NCBI GenBank assembly: GCA_951406725.2
Contig: OX597832.1
Location: 18,972,001-19,036,000 of the forward strand
Source of the DNA: Octopus vulgaris
Lineage: Eukaryota
DNA: 64,000 nucleotides
Direction: 5' to 3'
Positions 14,587-28,800 of this stretch are shown here, piece after piece. A program made the translations under genes and the position numbers. The notes under the pieces are model-generated. The model did not search any database. It saw only the letters and a list, made by a program, of their open reading frames with translations, and was not told where the DNA came from. The stretch's first letter is position 1, and every line of letters starts with the position of its first letter.

Positions 14587-15118
14587 GCTCTCATGGCTTT
14601 TGATAACTGATTGGAGGTTGTTTAGTCTTGGTATAAAAGATGGGATACAGCAAATCTTCTGCACAATAAGCACAGCTTTGCTTGTGAATTTTATGACCTT
14701 AACTAGTTGAGCATGTCTCTTGATAGCTGATGATAAGTGCATCTCTGCTCGCGAGCCGATGTAGTGAGGGAGCATCATAGCCACGAGTTGAGAGGAATTC
14801 TTTGGGGTTTGAATAATTCACCTCTGGAACCATGGGTTATTTATTTATCATCATTAAACAAACCTTATTTATTTATCATCATTAAACAAACCTTAGCGGG
14901 GCGGGCTATCCGGCCTTAAAAACATTCTAACAAGGCCCCACATGCAAGATAATGTGCTTTTTATCTTGATATAAGATCACAATGTGACGCACATATGGTT
15001 GTGATGCATGTGCCTGGTGTAACCTTATCATATGAGTAGTCATGATGTATATATTGGGCTTCGTATATTTGTACGTGAGTGTCCTTTTGATGGCATGCGC
15101 TACTCTCTCACTCAATAA
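14587..15118 (+). mobile_element. Interspersed repeat family D (TAA-tailed; possibly the 3' UTR of an R4/Dong-like LINE)
   Basis: Collinear with 20118-20626 and 51121-51366. All three copies end at the same CTCTCTC(A/T)CTCAAT sequence. Confidence 0.7.
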
Positions 15119-15658
15119 CGATAGTTAAAAAAAAAAGCATTGGAGGTTCGATGCATACCCTCCGCGCAGATAATCTTTTTCGCAAAATTAAGAAATCAAC
15201 TCATAAGTAAACGAAACCCTTGAATCCATCTGTGTACACACACACACACACACTCCTTTCTCTCACACACACAGTCGCTTTATCTATTTATGTATTTATG
15301 CATGTTTGTATATACTCACATGTGTCTACGCGCATAGGTCTATGTGCAAGCAGACGAGGGACGATTCATATGAAAAAGAAAGTGAACAGATTAATATGAT
15401 CACTTGCTTAACGGAAAATTTGCAAGTTGGATAATTAAGATAATTAACCCAAATGTTTATCATTTCGAGCCTCTAATCCTGATGAGTAATTTTTTACAGA
15501 AACGTTCAGCAGTTTTCCAGAATTTAGTGAACACACTGACAAACAGACGAAGACGAATGACTGCAATACACTGCTCTCGCTTATGCGTGCAACGTAATAT
15601 TAATGGTAATAACAACGTATATATAAAGTTGGGCATGTGTGTGTGAGTGTGTGCGTAT

Positions 15659-15695
<37 letters not shown>

Positions 15696-15881
15696 CTGTG
15701 TATATATGTGTGTGTGTATACATATATATGCATATAAATATGTGTTTGTATATATATATATACATATATAGATACACACAGACATACAGACACACAGACA
15801 CACAGACACACACACATTTATATATATATATATATATACATATATATATACATCCTCACACCTAGATATATATATATATAT

Positions 15882-15952
<71 letters not shown>

Positions 15953-16199
15953 TATTCATATGTATCTCCCCATCTCTATGCAAATATCGTTAAGATCTGA
16001 TCGATCCAATTAAAGACTCATTTTAATAAAGATTGAAACGAAAATGCAAAACAAGTAAAACAACAGAGTGAATGATAGAAACGTAAATTTTCCTAAATAA
16101 ACTTCATTTTTTTCTCTTTTGATTACATTTTATTGTTTGCTTGCTTTTTCACTTTTTTTTTTCTTTGCAATTTATCTGAGTAAAATTCATCATTCTTTT

Positions 16200-16847
16200 C
16201 ACCGGCGCTATCATCACTTTGATGCCTTTCATCATCATCTTATATTGTTCATCATCTTCTCAATTATATTCATCATTTTAGCCACCATCAACAACAACCT
16301 CAACGCTAACACCATGGTTATCTGCCACATCGTCAATAGCATCATCATCGTCATCGTCATCATCGCTCTCCTCCTCGTCATCATCACCATCATCATCAAC
16401 ATCAGCAACGAGGTCTTTGGTGCTTTAGTCATCATGATTGTCATCGTTTTGCATTCTTATCGTAGTTTTCAGCATACTCATTAACATCATTATTATTATT
16501 ATCATTCGCTTTCACATCAGCATCACCATCAACAGCAACAGCATTAGTGGCATTACATCGTCAGTATCATCAACATTCTTACCATCTCGATATTCATAAT
16601 CCTTATCTTCGATAACGTCGTCCTTTTTAGCATCATTATTACCACTGGAATTGTCGACATCATCACAATCGTCGCCCTCGTCTTGCTCTCATCAACATTG
16701 TTATCGTTGACATCATCATCATTAATTTTGTAGTTGTCATCATCGTAGTCGTCGTCGTCGTTATCATCATCATCGTCGTCGTCATCATCATCCTCATTAT
16801 CATCATCATCATTATCATCATCATCATTATCATCATCATCATCATCA

Positions 16848-16880
<33 letters not shown>

Positions 16881-16901
16881 TCATCATCATCATCATCATC
16901 A
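16200..16901. repeat. (CAT)n/(CGT)n degenerate trinucleotide tract
   Basis: Direct reading; source of the poly-D and poly-M ORFs. Confidence 0.9.
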
Positions 16902-17248
16902 CATCCTTGACGCAAAATGGAAAGCGCATTATTTGCTTCAAGGCGAGTTGTTCTTAAGCCTCGGATATGCAACCAAATAAATTCAATTTACAAAACTCAA
17001 CCTCAAAGAATGAATTTGATGAGTGTTCTAGTTCATGTATGATAGTTGCACAATACGCTCATTGAATTATTACCTCAGTATCGAGTATCCAACATACAAT
17101 TTACCCGTAATATAAACCCACCTACAGAATCAGCTTGTCATAATATGTGACAAGCCTATTAACATACGATCTTTTACACTTCAAAGCTTTCAGCAAAAAA
17201 CTTGCTACGTTGGCCAAAGGATATGGAGGAAGCTATTTCCTCACAAAT

Positions 17249-17631
17249 CGTGGCGCTCCGTCTGTTGCGGCGACGAGGGTTCCAGTTGATCCGGTTAACG
17301 GAACAGCCAATTCGTGAAATTAATGTGCAAGTGGCTGAGCATTCCACAGACACGTGTACCTTTAACGTAGTTCTCGGGGAGATTCAGAGTGACATTGAGT
17401 GTGACAAGGCCTTCCCTTTGAAATACAGGTACAACAGAAACGGGAAGAAAGTGTGAGAGAAAGTTGTGGTGAACGAGTACAACAGGGATCGCCACCACCC
17501 CGTGCAAGAGCCTCGTGGAAATTTAGGTGTTTTCCCTCGATAAAGACTCACAACGCTCAGTCTGTGAATCGAAACCGCGACCCTAAGACGGCGAGTCCGC
17601 TGCCCTAACCACTGGACCATTGTGCTTCCAC
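17249..17631 (-). mobile_element. SINE family A, full-length, with 11-bp TSD
   Basis: Collinear with 35315-35683. Flanked by the direct repeat TCCTCACAAAT at 17238-17248 and 17632-17642. Confidence 0.9.
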
Positions 17632-18004
17632 TCCTCACAAATAATTGTAACGAAATCGAATCCGTAACATTGATTACGAAACTTGTTTCCATAAAGACGG
17701 TCGTGGTGTTCTTCTAATCAGGAATCACGCCATTAGCCACAAAGGATAATCTCTAATTCGAGCCTACTCTGAGCTACTAAAATGCATTTGGCAACTTGAA
17801 GATCCACCCACCACACACGATAGACTGGCGGTTGCACGGGCGCGAAAGCTACGTTGGTATCCTCATTCCGTAAACGGTGGTTTTTAACGGGTGGAGAGCT
17901 GAACCATCCTGGGGTACAGAGGATTCGCAATCTAGACTAGGGTCTGAAATTTTTCCACACCATAGTGGATTACAACAGGATTCCTCTGCTTTGTGGCAGA
18001 AGTA

Positions 18005-18190
18005 GGAGGAAAGAGTGAGAGAAAGTTGTGGTGAAAGAGTACAGTGGGGTTCACCTCACCTCCGTCGGAGACTCGTGGAGCGTAGGCGTTTTTGCTCAAT
18101 AAACACTCGCAATGCCCGGTCTAGGAATTGAAAGCGCGTTCTTACGACCGCGAGCCCGCTACCCTAACCACTGGACCATTGCGCCTCCAC
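18005..18190 (-). mobile_element. SINE family A head and body
   Basis: GTGGAGGCGCAATGGTCCAGTGGTTAGGG head. Similarity to the other family A copies stops after CTTTCTCTCACTC. Confidence 0.8.
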
Positions 18191-18495
18191 TACGGTTGTG
18201 GTTGGACAGAGCTATAGTGAAAATTCATTTTATTGGTGTTGCTCTTTCTAATGCTGGTGTGGTACTACAATACGATTTTCACTTTTTTTTCTTTCTAGTG
18301 GGAATTTTTTATCTAAAGGTTTTCATTTTGTTCCACAGTCTTCCTTAACATTGTTCTATTATTACGAAGGTACTATTAGCTCTTTTTACGTATCATCGCC
18401 TGCGTATTTGCCTGTTGTATGTATAAATATTCCTATAAGCCTATTTGTATGTACATATTCACAAGTATGTATATATATGTGTATGTATATACATA

Positions 18496-18551
<56 letters not shown>

Positions 18552-18596
18552 TATATATGAATATACATATTATATACATATATATTTATAAGTATA

Positions 18597-18635
<39 letters not shown>

Positions 18636-19393
18636 ACACATACATGCACACAGGCTGCACTCATACACACAAATACGTTCGCATATTTAGTTATACATAT
18701 CAAATAATTTCTTCAAACGCTTTGTCCTATAAACCTTTTCTGGTAAAAAAAAACGAAAATATCATTGTTTCTTTCGAATTTGTTATTAAAATAATTTTTA
18801 TGTTGTTGACCTTATCATTGTTCTTTTCATTCCATTATTTCTATGTATAGTTTTCAAATATATTTTTTATACTATTTCCAATTTGTTTATATATGTGTAT
18901 ATATGATACTGATGGCCTTTGTTGTTGTTGCCGTTGTCCTGTTTATTTTCCTGATGTCTTTGGTCTAACAGTTGTTGTCGGTGGTTTCTTTATCACTGTT
19001 CTGGTTGTTATATGGTGTTTAAATATTTTCTTTCTTTACGTTTCTCAGATCATTGATAAATAGACACCCGTTACTCAACTTAATCGAGATGCTATGTCAA
19101 ATGTCAATTGATCAGAAATTGAATAGCAACCAAGCTCTGAAGTGGTGTTTGAGGGTTACACGCACACACACACATATATACAAACACACAAATGTACAAA
19201 CATTCACGAGAATGTTTATGCGTATTCACGTTCAATTTTCGTAGTTATTTTTGCTTATGTGTCAATTGGTTTGAGAGTATATATATTGGTGTGTTTCGTG
19301 AATGCCTTGGCGTCTTGGCTCTTTTAATTTTTCTTTGTTTTGTTCCTATTTGGTTTCCTTGTTTCATTATTTAACTAAAACAACCGGATAACA

Positions 19394-19730
19394 TTTTACT
19401 TGTTCCAGTCATGTGACTTTAGTCGAAGTAATCGACCCCAGGACTTATTCTTTGTAAGCCTAGTACTTATTGTACTTATTATTCCCGAACCGCTAAATAA
19501 CAGGGACCTAAACATCCCAGCATCGGTTGTCAAGTGATGGCGGGAGGACAAACACAGACAGAGACACACAAACATATACGGGCATCTTTCAGTTTCTGTC
19601 TACCAAATCCACTCACAAGGCTTTGGTCGGTCGAGGCTAAAGTAGAAGACACTTGCTCAAGGTGCCATGCAGTGGCACTGAACCTGGAACCATGTGGTTC
19701 GTAAGCAAGCTACTTACCACACAGCCACAC
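19394..19730 (-). mobile_element. SINE family B
   Basis: Homologous to 49720-50111 (ACCCCAGGACTTATTCTTTGTAAGCCTAGTACT; AGTAGAAGACACTTGC; GGAACCATGTGGTT). Confidence 0.85.
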
Positions 19731-19789
19731 ACAGCAAGCTACTTATCACACAACAATAAGGACACTGATTAAAACCTTGTCTTCGAAAA

Positions 19790-19935
19790 GCATGCAGCCT
19801 GAAATTTTGAAGAAGGCTACCTATTTCATCGATCCAGGAAAACTGAAGGGCAAGGTAGATATAGGTTGAATTTGAACTCAGAATGTAAAGATAGACAAAT
19901 AGCTGCTAAACATTTTGCCAGGCGTGCTAACCATG
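19790..19935 (-). mobile_element. SINE family C, diverged fragment
   Basis: GAATTTGAACTCAGAATGTA...CATTTTGCCAGGCGTGCTAAC. Confidence 0.6.
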
Positions 19936-19972
19936 ATTCAAATTCAACGTTTTGTGTTACAGTAATTTGACA

Positions 19973-20114
<142 letters not shown>

Positions 20115-20117
20115 CTG

Positions 20118-20626
20118 ATGCAGTACCAGGCTGTGGGTCTCATGGCTTCTCATCTTAAGTGATTGGAAATGTTATGAAGTACAGTGTTTTGTCTTAGTAT
20201 AAAAGATGGGTATAAAATATTCTGCTCAATACCACAGGCTGACGATATGTGAATCTGATCCCGAGCACAAGTAGTGGGGGAGCATCGTAACCATGTGTTG
20301 AGAGGAAATTTGGGGCGTTTGGATGATTCACCTCTGGAAACATGGGTGTTTCGTTCAACATCCTTAAGCAGCCTTTATTCGGGAACCTTTTGAGCGAGAT
20401 GGGCTCCTTGACCTGAAGAAAATTCTAACTTGGCCCCACCTGCAAGGTCATGCTCTGTTTATCTTGATATGAGATCACGCTGTCGCGCACATATGGTTGT
20501 GATGCATGTGCCTGATGTACCCTTATCAAACGGGTAGTCATGATGAGTATACTGGGCTTCCTATATCTTACTTCAGTGTCACTTTGATGACATGCGCTGC
20601 TCTGACTCTCTCTCTCTCTCTCTCAA
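20118..20626 (+). mobile_element. Interspersed repeat family D embedded in (TAA)n
   Basis: Collinear with 14587-15118. Long (TAA)n tracts lie on both sides (about 20017-20113 and 20640-20829). Confidence 0.75.
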
Positions 20627-20640
20627 TGATGATGATGATG

Positions 20641-20683
<43 letters not shown>

Positions 20684-20753
20684 CAACAATAATAACAATA
20701 ATAATAACAATAATAATAATAATAATAATAACAATAATAACAATAATAATAAC

Positions 20754-20828
<75 letters not shown>

Positions 20829-21476
20829 TACTCAGTTTGTCACAAGGCCAACAATTTTCAGGTAACTGATTCTCTCAACAGCTGTACCTTGTCGGTACTT
20901 TATTTCACAAATGTTTTCAATACAGAATTACCCCGGGTGGGTATTGTGCTCGAAAGGGAACACAAAATGTAAAGATTGCTTAATTTCTGTTATGTACTAA
21001 CGATACTCATCTTAACCTATATTGATACTAATTACAATAACCTATAGACATTCTTTTTCTCTCAGTGTTTTACAAAGATTTTCTTAAGAAATGAAACTGT
21101 TTTACGAGGTCGGGAAATGAATTTTCAATAAATAATCCGACCCTTTACGTTCTATGTCCAAATCATGTTGTTACCGCATTATCATTGCACTAAGCTCGAT
21201 ATACGTATGATTTACTGATATTTGCCCGAATTTTAAAAATCTTTCTTTTCTTCTAATTCTCTGTCTTTCTCTCTCTCTCTCTTTCTCTCACTCTTACTCT
21301 CTATCTCTGTCCACTTTCTCTCTCTCAATTTCAATATATATATCTGAGTGTATGTATATATATATATATATGTATATGTAAGTATGTATGAATGTATGTA
21401 AGTATGTAAGTATGTATGAATGTGTTTGACTCTGCGTGTGAATGTATGTGTATATGTATATATATATGTGTGTGTG

Positions 21477-21511
<35 letters not shown>

Positions 21512-21678
21512 ACATTTTGCTGTGAAATAGAACCGGTGTGTGTTGATTTATTATTGACATTATTACCTTCCCGATATTGAACAAAATGTTTCAACACTCG
21601 TGTTCACATGAAGAATCTCGCTATCCGAATACAAAATCGATGTGTGTGTGTGTAATATAAAGAGAGAAAGAGGGATAC

Positions 21679-21721
<43 letters not shown>

Positions 21722-22365
21722 CATGCATGCATGTATACATAGATATATACAATCGCATATATACATACATACATACATACATACATACATACATACATAC
21801 TTACATACATACATATAGCGCAAGGCAGCGATAGACATTTTAATATACTTCCATATACAGGCACACGGACACATAATTTAACACAACGATTTATCATACA
21901 AAACAGCATTGATCACACCACAATAGACAAGCAGTACAGTTTGAGCTTCAAAAAATATATTAATCATTTCAACACATGTTAAACATAATGGTCGGGAACC
22001 CGATGTCTAATATTCGGTAACTTAGTTACGATGGAAGTCAGAACTATGTAAGAATGGTTGCTTTTTCAGCGTGATAATAGCTGGGTTTTTTTTTTTTCTC
22101 GTTTGTTTATGCTTTTTTGTTTTGTTTTGTTTTTGTTAATATACTTTTGTCTCTGATACGTTATAATAACATTAGTGTGTTCGGAGTCTGTATACCTACA
22201 TACTAACAACCAATTACGAACATTGATAAATACATATGTATAAATTCATACAAACATACGCGCATTTATATATATTTATATATATATATATATATATATA
22301 CATGCGAGTGTATATGTGTATGTGTGTATGCATATATACATATATACATGCATATATATACATAT

Positions 22366-22451
<86 letters not shown>

Positions 22452-22452
22452 C

Positions 22453-22511
<59 letters not shown>

Positions 22512-22586
22512 TATAAATATACATATATAGATATATAGATATATATGCATGCACATACATATAGTTAGATATATAGACATAAATAC

Positions 22587-22642
<56 letters not shown>

Positions 22643-23588
22643 ATATATTTACATATATACCTATATATATAAAAATAGATACCCAGAGACTTATAGAAAT
22701 GTGTATGGTTGTAAATACTTGCACAAATGTGTTTGTGTGAGTGTGTGTGTGTGTGTGTATTGTGTATGTGTGTATGTGTGTGTGTGTGTGTGTGTATACA
22801 CACTCATATACGTATTTCGTCCTGTTTTATTTTTAATGGAAACTCGGTTGAACATATTTCAACTTTTTTTTTTCAGTTTCTATTGATGTTTCTTTCAGTC
22901 ATATGTTTGTTTATATGAATGAATGTATGAGTGAATGAACGAATGAGTATATTTGCGTATGTAATTCCACCTTGAGCGTACGTGTGTGCGAGCGTACACA
23001 CACATACGCATGTGCACGCGCACGAGCGTGAATACGTGTGCGGCTACGCACCCATCTACCTACGTGTATGCGTGCGCTTTTTTATACGTGTGAGACATTT
23101 CCCTTCGCGTTTTGTTTTATGCCTTTTACGAACGTCTTTATGTAGTCTAACAAATTTATGAAAGCGTTCGCTCTTTTGTTTAACAAATGTTATTGTAGTT
23201 TTAATCAATTGTAAATAGTAATTGTTGAGTCAATCACACCGTCAGTTTATATGTCAGTCAGCTAGCTTGTCCGTTACCTTACTATACACAAATCTGTAAA
23301 CTTTTCATTCATTTAGATCTTTTTGTGTTATAATCCTCATTATTTCATGCGTTCGTTTTCTCTTCTTCTTTTTCTCTCAATGTTATTTATTCTGCCTCAC
23401 TCACACTTTCCCTTTCACTCTCTTTCCCTGTCTCTCTCTCACTACTTTTTTCTGTCTCTCTTTCTTTGGTCTTTCTCTCTCTCTCTCACTCTCTGTCTTT
23501 TCAAGCTATCTTGTGAATCGTTTTTGTATTCCTTATATTCAACAGCTTTTTGTGGATTGTATGTAACGGGTTTTTCTATTATATATCA

Positions 23589-23640
<52 letters not shown>

Positions 23641-23770
23641 GAGTGTACAAGCGATTAAATATGTATCTATATTTACATTCACATATATGTATACACACAC
23701 ATATATATATATATATACATACATACACACACATATATACATATATATATATATGTATATATATATATAC

Positions 23771-23820
<50 letters not shown>

Positions 23821-23922
23821 CTGGCGTGTATAAGAATTTTTATTCCAAGGAGATTTTCAGCACAATATTTTTACATGGCATTATTTATAGGTATACATGT
23901 ACGTGTGTGTATGTGTGTTTGT

Positions 23923-23981
<59 letters not shown>

Positions 23982-25438
23982 TATACACACACACGTCCGC
24001 TTGTTCCTGTATACATATAAATATATATATACACACACACATACATGATATGTGTGTGTGTGATTGCACGTGAATTTTTTATTTTGTATGTACATTGTTC
24101 TTGCGTGTGAATGTATGCGCGTACTTATATCATCCAACGTGTTCTTTGCTTTTCCTGCTTCCCTTGCGCGTCGATGAAATATGATACTGTTCTTATCGCG
24201 TAAATTAACGCTAATTTTGATTGGTCAATCATTCCGTCAATGGCATTCCAGCTGTGAGAATCTCATATCTTGTAAATTTTATCAACCATTAAAATATTTA
24301 GTGCGTACCTTCTTATTTATGACTGTACGGTTTGATTTCATAGAAATTCAGATTTTAATTTTATATCGTAAATCCACCACCTAGGATATCCGTCCTCGAT
24401 TATTCCACCAAATTTTAACCTCTACAAGATTTCAGCACTCTTCTAAAATTTTCACTAACGTTTCACATTCCAGTTTTCGTTTCTTCCTTATATCTTTTCA
24501 TAGGTGGTGGTCTGAGAAGACATTTTAAGAAATAACAATAAATGCATGTAAGACGAAGTATATAATTTAATAACGTCTACCGTTAATAGGTTGTCACATT
24601 TAATCAACACTCTATTACAGGTGTATATGATTCGTCTTCCTATCATCAGGATTACCTATGTGAATTCACTTACGTCACTTGAGACTGCAACATAAATACA
24701 AGCTACAAAACTGACTCATTTCTATTATTAACAACTATTAACAATGTAGGTAACTCATCATCCTTTAATAATATATATACATTCGTCTGCAAAACATCGT
24801 ATATATTAATGTGACTAGACGAATATCGATTTCTAAAAGAGGGACAAAGCTTCGCAAGTTGTGGGAGGGAACATTTGATTGCATTATAGATAACATCTGA
24901 CTGGTATATATACCATCGAACGAGGAAACGTAATTAGACAAAATAGAACGTAGGAGATGTTTTATGGTATTTCAGCGTTCGTGAATCAGCGGACATAAGT
25001 GCATGATTTTCTTAAGGACCGTACCTTACCGAAGGTCACGTATTGAATAATCTGTTCTTTTATACAGAAGCTACTGTGATCAAAACTTTGCCAACGTCCA
25101 TCAGAGAACTGTGTTTATGTATTTGCTGCATGTTTTACTTTTGAATTTTTACCTGCATATATCAATATCGATCAGGCAGCAACATGATGGACCTCATTCA
25201 ACAATTAGCCATTCATGGTTTTAAAAGAAAGATTGCTACTTTTAAATGTACTTTAAAGGAGTACTCAATTCATTTCGTATGAGCTACATATATCAATATT
25301 TATAGCAACAGTTTAGAAATTCTTGGGCCTGCGAGTTTGCATGGGGCCAAATCAAATTGATAGTTTGTTTCTTTTAGTAGTAGTAATATTAGTAGCAGAG
25401 GTAACAGTAGCAGCAGCAGCAACATCAGTGGTGGTGGA

Positions 25439-25472
<34 letters not shown>

Positions 25473-25587
25473 GCCTCAATATTTATATGTGCCTCTCGGC
25501 GACAAAGCTCGGGGTCGACATGAGGTACGTCATTCAAAAATAAGCACTCATATTAATTCCGCTTGCTTTGCACATATCATTCTTTCC

Positions 25588-25784
25588 TCACAAAGGCCTG
25601 AAATTTTAGCGGGGGGAGGGGCTACTCGATTACACCAGCCCCAGTACTCAACTGGTACTTAATTTATCGACCCTGAATGGATGAAAAGTCGACCTCGATA
25701 GAATTTGAACTCAGAACGTAGCGAAGGGTGAATTATAGCTAACCATTTCGTCGAGCATGCTAACGACTCTGCCAACTCGCCGCT

Positions 25785-25785
<1 letters not shown>
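25588..25785 (-). mobile_element. SINE family C
   Basis: AACTGGTACTTAATTTATCGACCC...GAATTTGAACTCAGAACGTAG...GCCAACTCGCCGC. Confidence 0.8.
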
Positions 25786-25839
<54 letters not shown>

Positions 25840-25849
25840 TAAATATCAC

Positions 25850-26021
25850 AGGCGTAGGAGTGGCTGTGGGGTAAGCAGCTTGCATAGCAACCACATGGTT
25901 TCAGGTTCAGTCCCACTGCGTGGCACCTTGGGCAAATGTCTTCTACTATAGCCTCGGGCCGACCAAAGGATTGTGAGTGGATTTGGTAGACGGAAACTGA
26001 AGGACGTCCGTCGTATATATG

Positions 26022-26055
<34 letters not shown>

Positions 26056-26252
26056 TGTTTGAGTGTTTTCCCTGCTCCCAGCATCACTTGACAACCGATG
26101 GTGGTGTCTTTACGTCCCCGTAATCTAGCGGTTCGGCCAAAGCGACCGATAAAATTAGTACTAGACTTACAAAGAATGGTCCTGGGGTCGATTTGCTCGA
26201 GTAAAGGCGATGCTCCAGCATGGCCACAGTCAAATGACTAAAACAAGTAAAA
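25850..26252 (+). mobile_element. SINE family B, full-length
   Basis: Head AGGCGTAGGAGTGGCTGTGGGGTAAG, B-box-like GGTTCAGTCCC, internal (TG)n, and tail AAAGGCGATGCTCCAGCATGGCCACAGTCAAATGACTAAAACAAG. Confidence 0.9.
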
Positions 26253-26809
26253 GTGTAAAGCGTAAAAGAGCATGTGTATATAAAGCATAGAAATAGATGT
26301 GGAGACCAACAGACAGAAAAGAAAGTAGTATAGATGGATGTACAGGCCCATATAGATAAATATCATATATACATATGCTTGCGTGTAAGCTTGAATATTT
26401 GTATGTACCTCTCGGCGACAAAATTCAGGGTCGAGATGAGTTGCGTCATTCAAAAATAAACACGTGTATTAATTCCGCTTGCTTTGCACATCTCTTTCAT
26501 TCGTCATTCCTGTTATCGACGAAGCAGTAAATCCGTCCTCGGTCCGTTGGAAAGCTTTGTTACAAAAGTAGCTATTATTTTCAACATGCATGACATAGAC
26601 TAGATGAATAATTTAACCATAGCTATTTTAAAATAAAGCTTACTGTTGCTTCAATGTGTTTTATAAAAAATGCAGCCCTTAAAACTCATAAATTTAAATG
26701 TATGTACATGTGCGTGTGTATGTGTGTATGTACATAAGCGTAATAGACCCATTATGAATATATATATATACATACATATATATATATATCTATATATATA
26801 TATAGATAC

Positions 26810-26860
<51 letters not shown>

Positions 26861-27054
26861 CATATATATATATGTATCTATATACATATATATATATATA
26901 CATATACATATAGATATATATATGTGTATATATATATATACGTATATATACATTATACATATATTATTTGCTTCAGTCAATTGCCTGTGACAATTCTGGG
27001 AGAGCCGACTAGCATATAAATAAATAAATAAATAAATAAATATGTATGTGTGTG

Positions 27055-27112
27055 TATGTGTGGTAAGTAGCTTGCTTCCCAACCACATGGTACCGGCTTC
27101 AATCCTAGCGTA
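27055..27112 (+). mobile_element. SINE family B head fragment
   Basis: TGTGTGGTAAGTAGCTTGCTTCCCAACCACATGG. Confidence 0.65.
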
Positions 27113-27366
27113 CAGCAGTTAGAGGAAATCGCAAAAGATGGTAGGATGTGTATAAATCACCTCTTAGTGACAGAAGTACCATTATAAGGAATATTAATTT
27201 GCGTATCCAACTGAACTTGGTTGTATTGTTTAAACGCTTACAGTTGAGGTTATCATTCTCAGATATTGTCTTGTATAGAATTCGAGTCATAAATAGCAGC
27301 TTAAAATATATATATATATATACATACATATATATATGCTTATATTTATAAATAGAGAGAGAGATG

Positions 27367-27463
<97 letters not shown>

Positions 27464-28097
27464 GTAGGTAGATTGATAGCTAGATAGATCTGCATATGTG
27501 TGTGTGTACGTGTGGTTTGTATGGATTTATATATAAGTGTGTGAGTGTGTGCACGGATACATATACGTATATAAATACATATGCGTGTATGTATATATAT
27601 ATATATGCATGTATGCATGTTCTTGTATATGTAGGTATGAATGTATGTGTCCTATGTCTAAGTGTTTGTAGTTTGTTCTGAGTGTACATTTGCGTATGTC
27701 TGTATCAATGAACATATCCGTGTGTATATGTCGGTAGTGGCAGTGTATTAAATCACCCTTTGTGACGGTCAATAAAAAAGAAGGCGGCTGCATGGAAGGA
27801 TTTCAGAAAGGAATAAAATCTCAGTCTGCTACAGCTTCACGTCACGTAAGTACACAAAAGGTTTCAGTAAGTTCAAAACAAGTAAGTAAATAGAAAAATA
27901 GCCTTAGTACACAAATCTGCGACTAACCTATCTGTGAATATTTTGAGTATTATGTACACACGGCTATACCTATACACGCCTTTTAGAATACATAAACACA
28001 CTTGAGACACAAATAACATATAACTTACGAGGGTGAGCGTGTATGTTTGTGTATGTGTGTGTATATATATATATATGTGTGTGTGTATATATATATA

Positions 28098-28156
<59 letters not shown>

Positions 28157-28169
28157 ATGTATAGATAGA

Positions 28170-28207
<38 letters not shown>

Positions 28208-28332
28208 CATACATACATAGAGAGATAGATAGATAGATAGACAGATAGATATATAGTTAGATAGATAGGCTGATAGATAAATAGATACATAAATAGATAG
28301 ATCGACATATCGCTGGATAGATAGATAGATAG

Positions 28333-28363
<31 letters not shown>

Positions 28364-28569
28364 GATAAATATAAACATTTATGTGTTTGTGCATATGTGA
28401 GCATATTTTTGCGCGCGTGTGTGCGTGTATTTATACATGTGTGAAAGTGTATTTATGTGTGTGTGTATTGTGTGGTGCATGTGTGTGTGTTTATTACTTC
28501 ATAAGAGTTTAAATCGGCACTATTTTAATGACTGAAAATGAAGATAATCTCCCTATATATACATATATA

Positions 28570-28800
28570 TTTCTTTACTACCCAAAAGGGGCTAAACACA
28601 GAGGGGACAAACAAGGACAGACAGAGGAATTAAGTCGATTACATCGACCCCAGTGCGTAACTGGTACTTAATTTATCGACCCCGAAAGGATGAAAGGCAA
28701 AGTCGACCTCGGCAGAATTTGAACTCAGAACGTAACGACAGACGAAATACGGCAACACATTTCGCCCGGCGTGCTAACGTTTCGCCCAGCTCGCCGCCTT
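28570..28800 (-). mobile_element. SINE family C, full-length, with 24-bp TSD
   Basis: tRNA-like head GGCGGCGAGCTGG...GAGTTCAAATTC and central GCCTTTCATCCTTTCGGGGTCGATAAATTAAGTACCAG. Flanked by ATAATCTCCCTATATATACATATA at 28544-28567 and 28803-28826. Confidence 0.92.

Larger units (their letters stand above)
25478..26491 (+). repeat. Pair of 98-bp direct repeats (25478-25575 and 26394-26491)
   Basis: Ungapped alignment with 12 mismatches in 98 bp, offset 916 bp. Confidence 0.9.

Noticed and set aside
15475-15512. Hammerhead-like CTGATGA-GTAA...TTAC-A-GAAACGTT
   Set aside because: The core words are present, but the stem I flanks (AATC versus CAGC) do not pair. It is likely chance or too decayed to call; a weaker case at 38190-38220 was rejected likewise.
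16553-16972. Poly-Asp acidic protein ORF
   Set aside because: It is a translation of a (GAT/GAC)n microsatellite with no domain or exon support; the same applies to 53495-53725 and 51261-51683.
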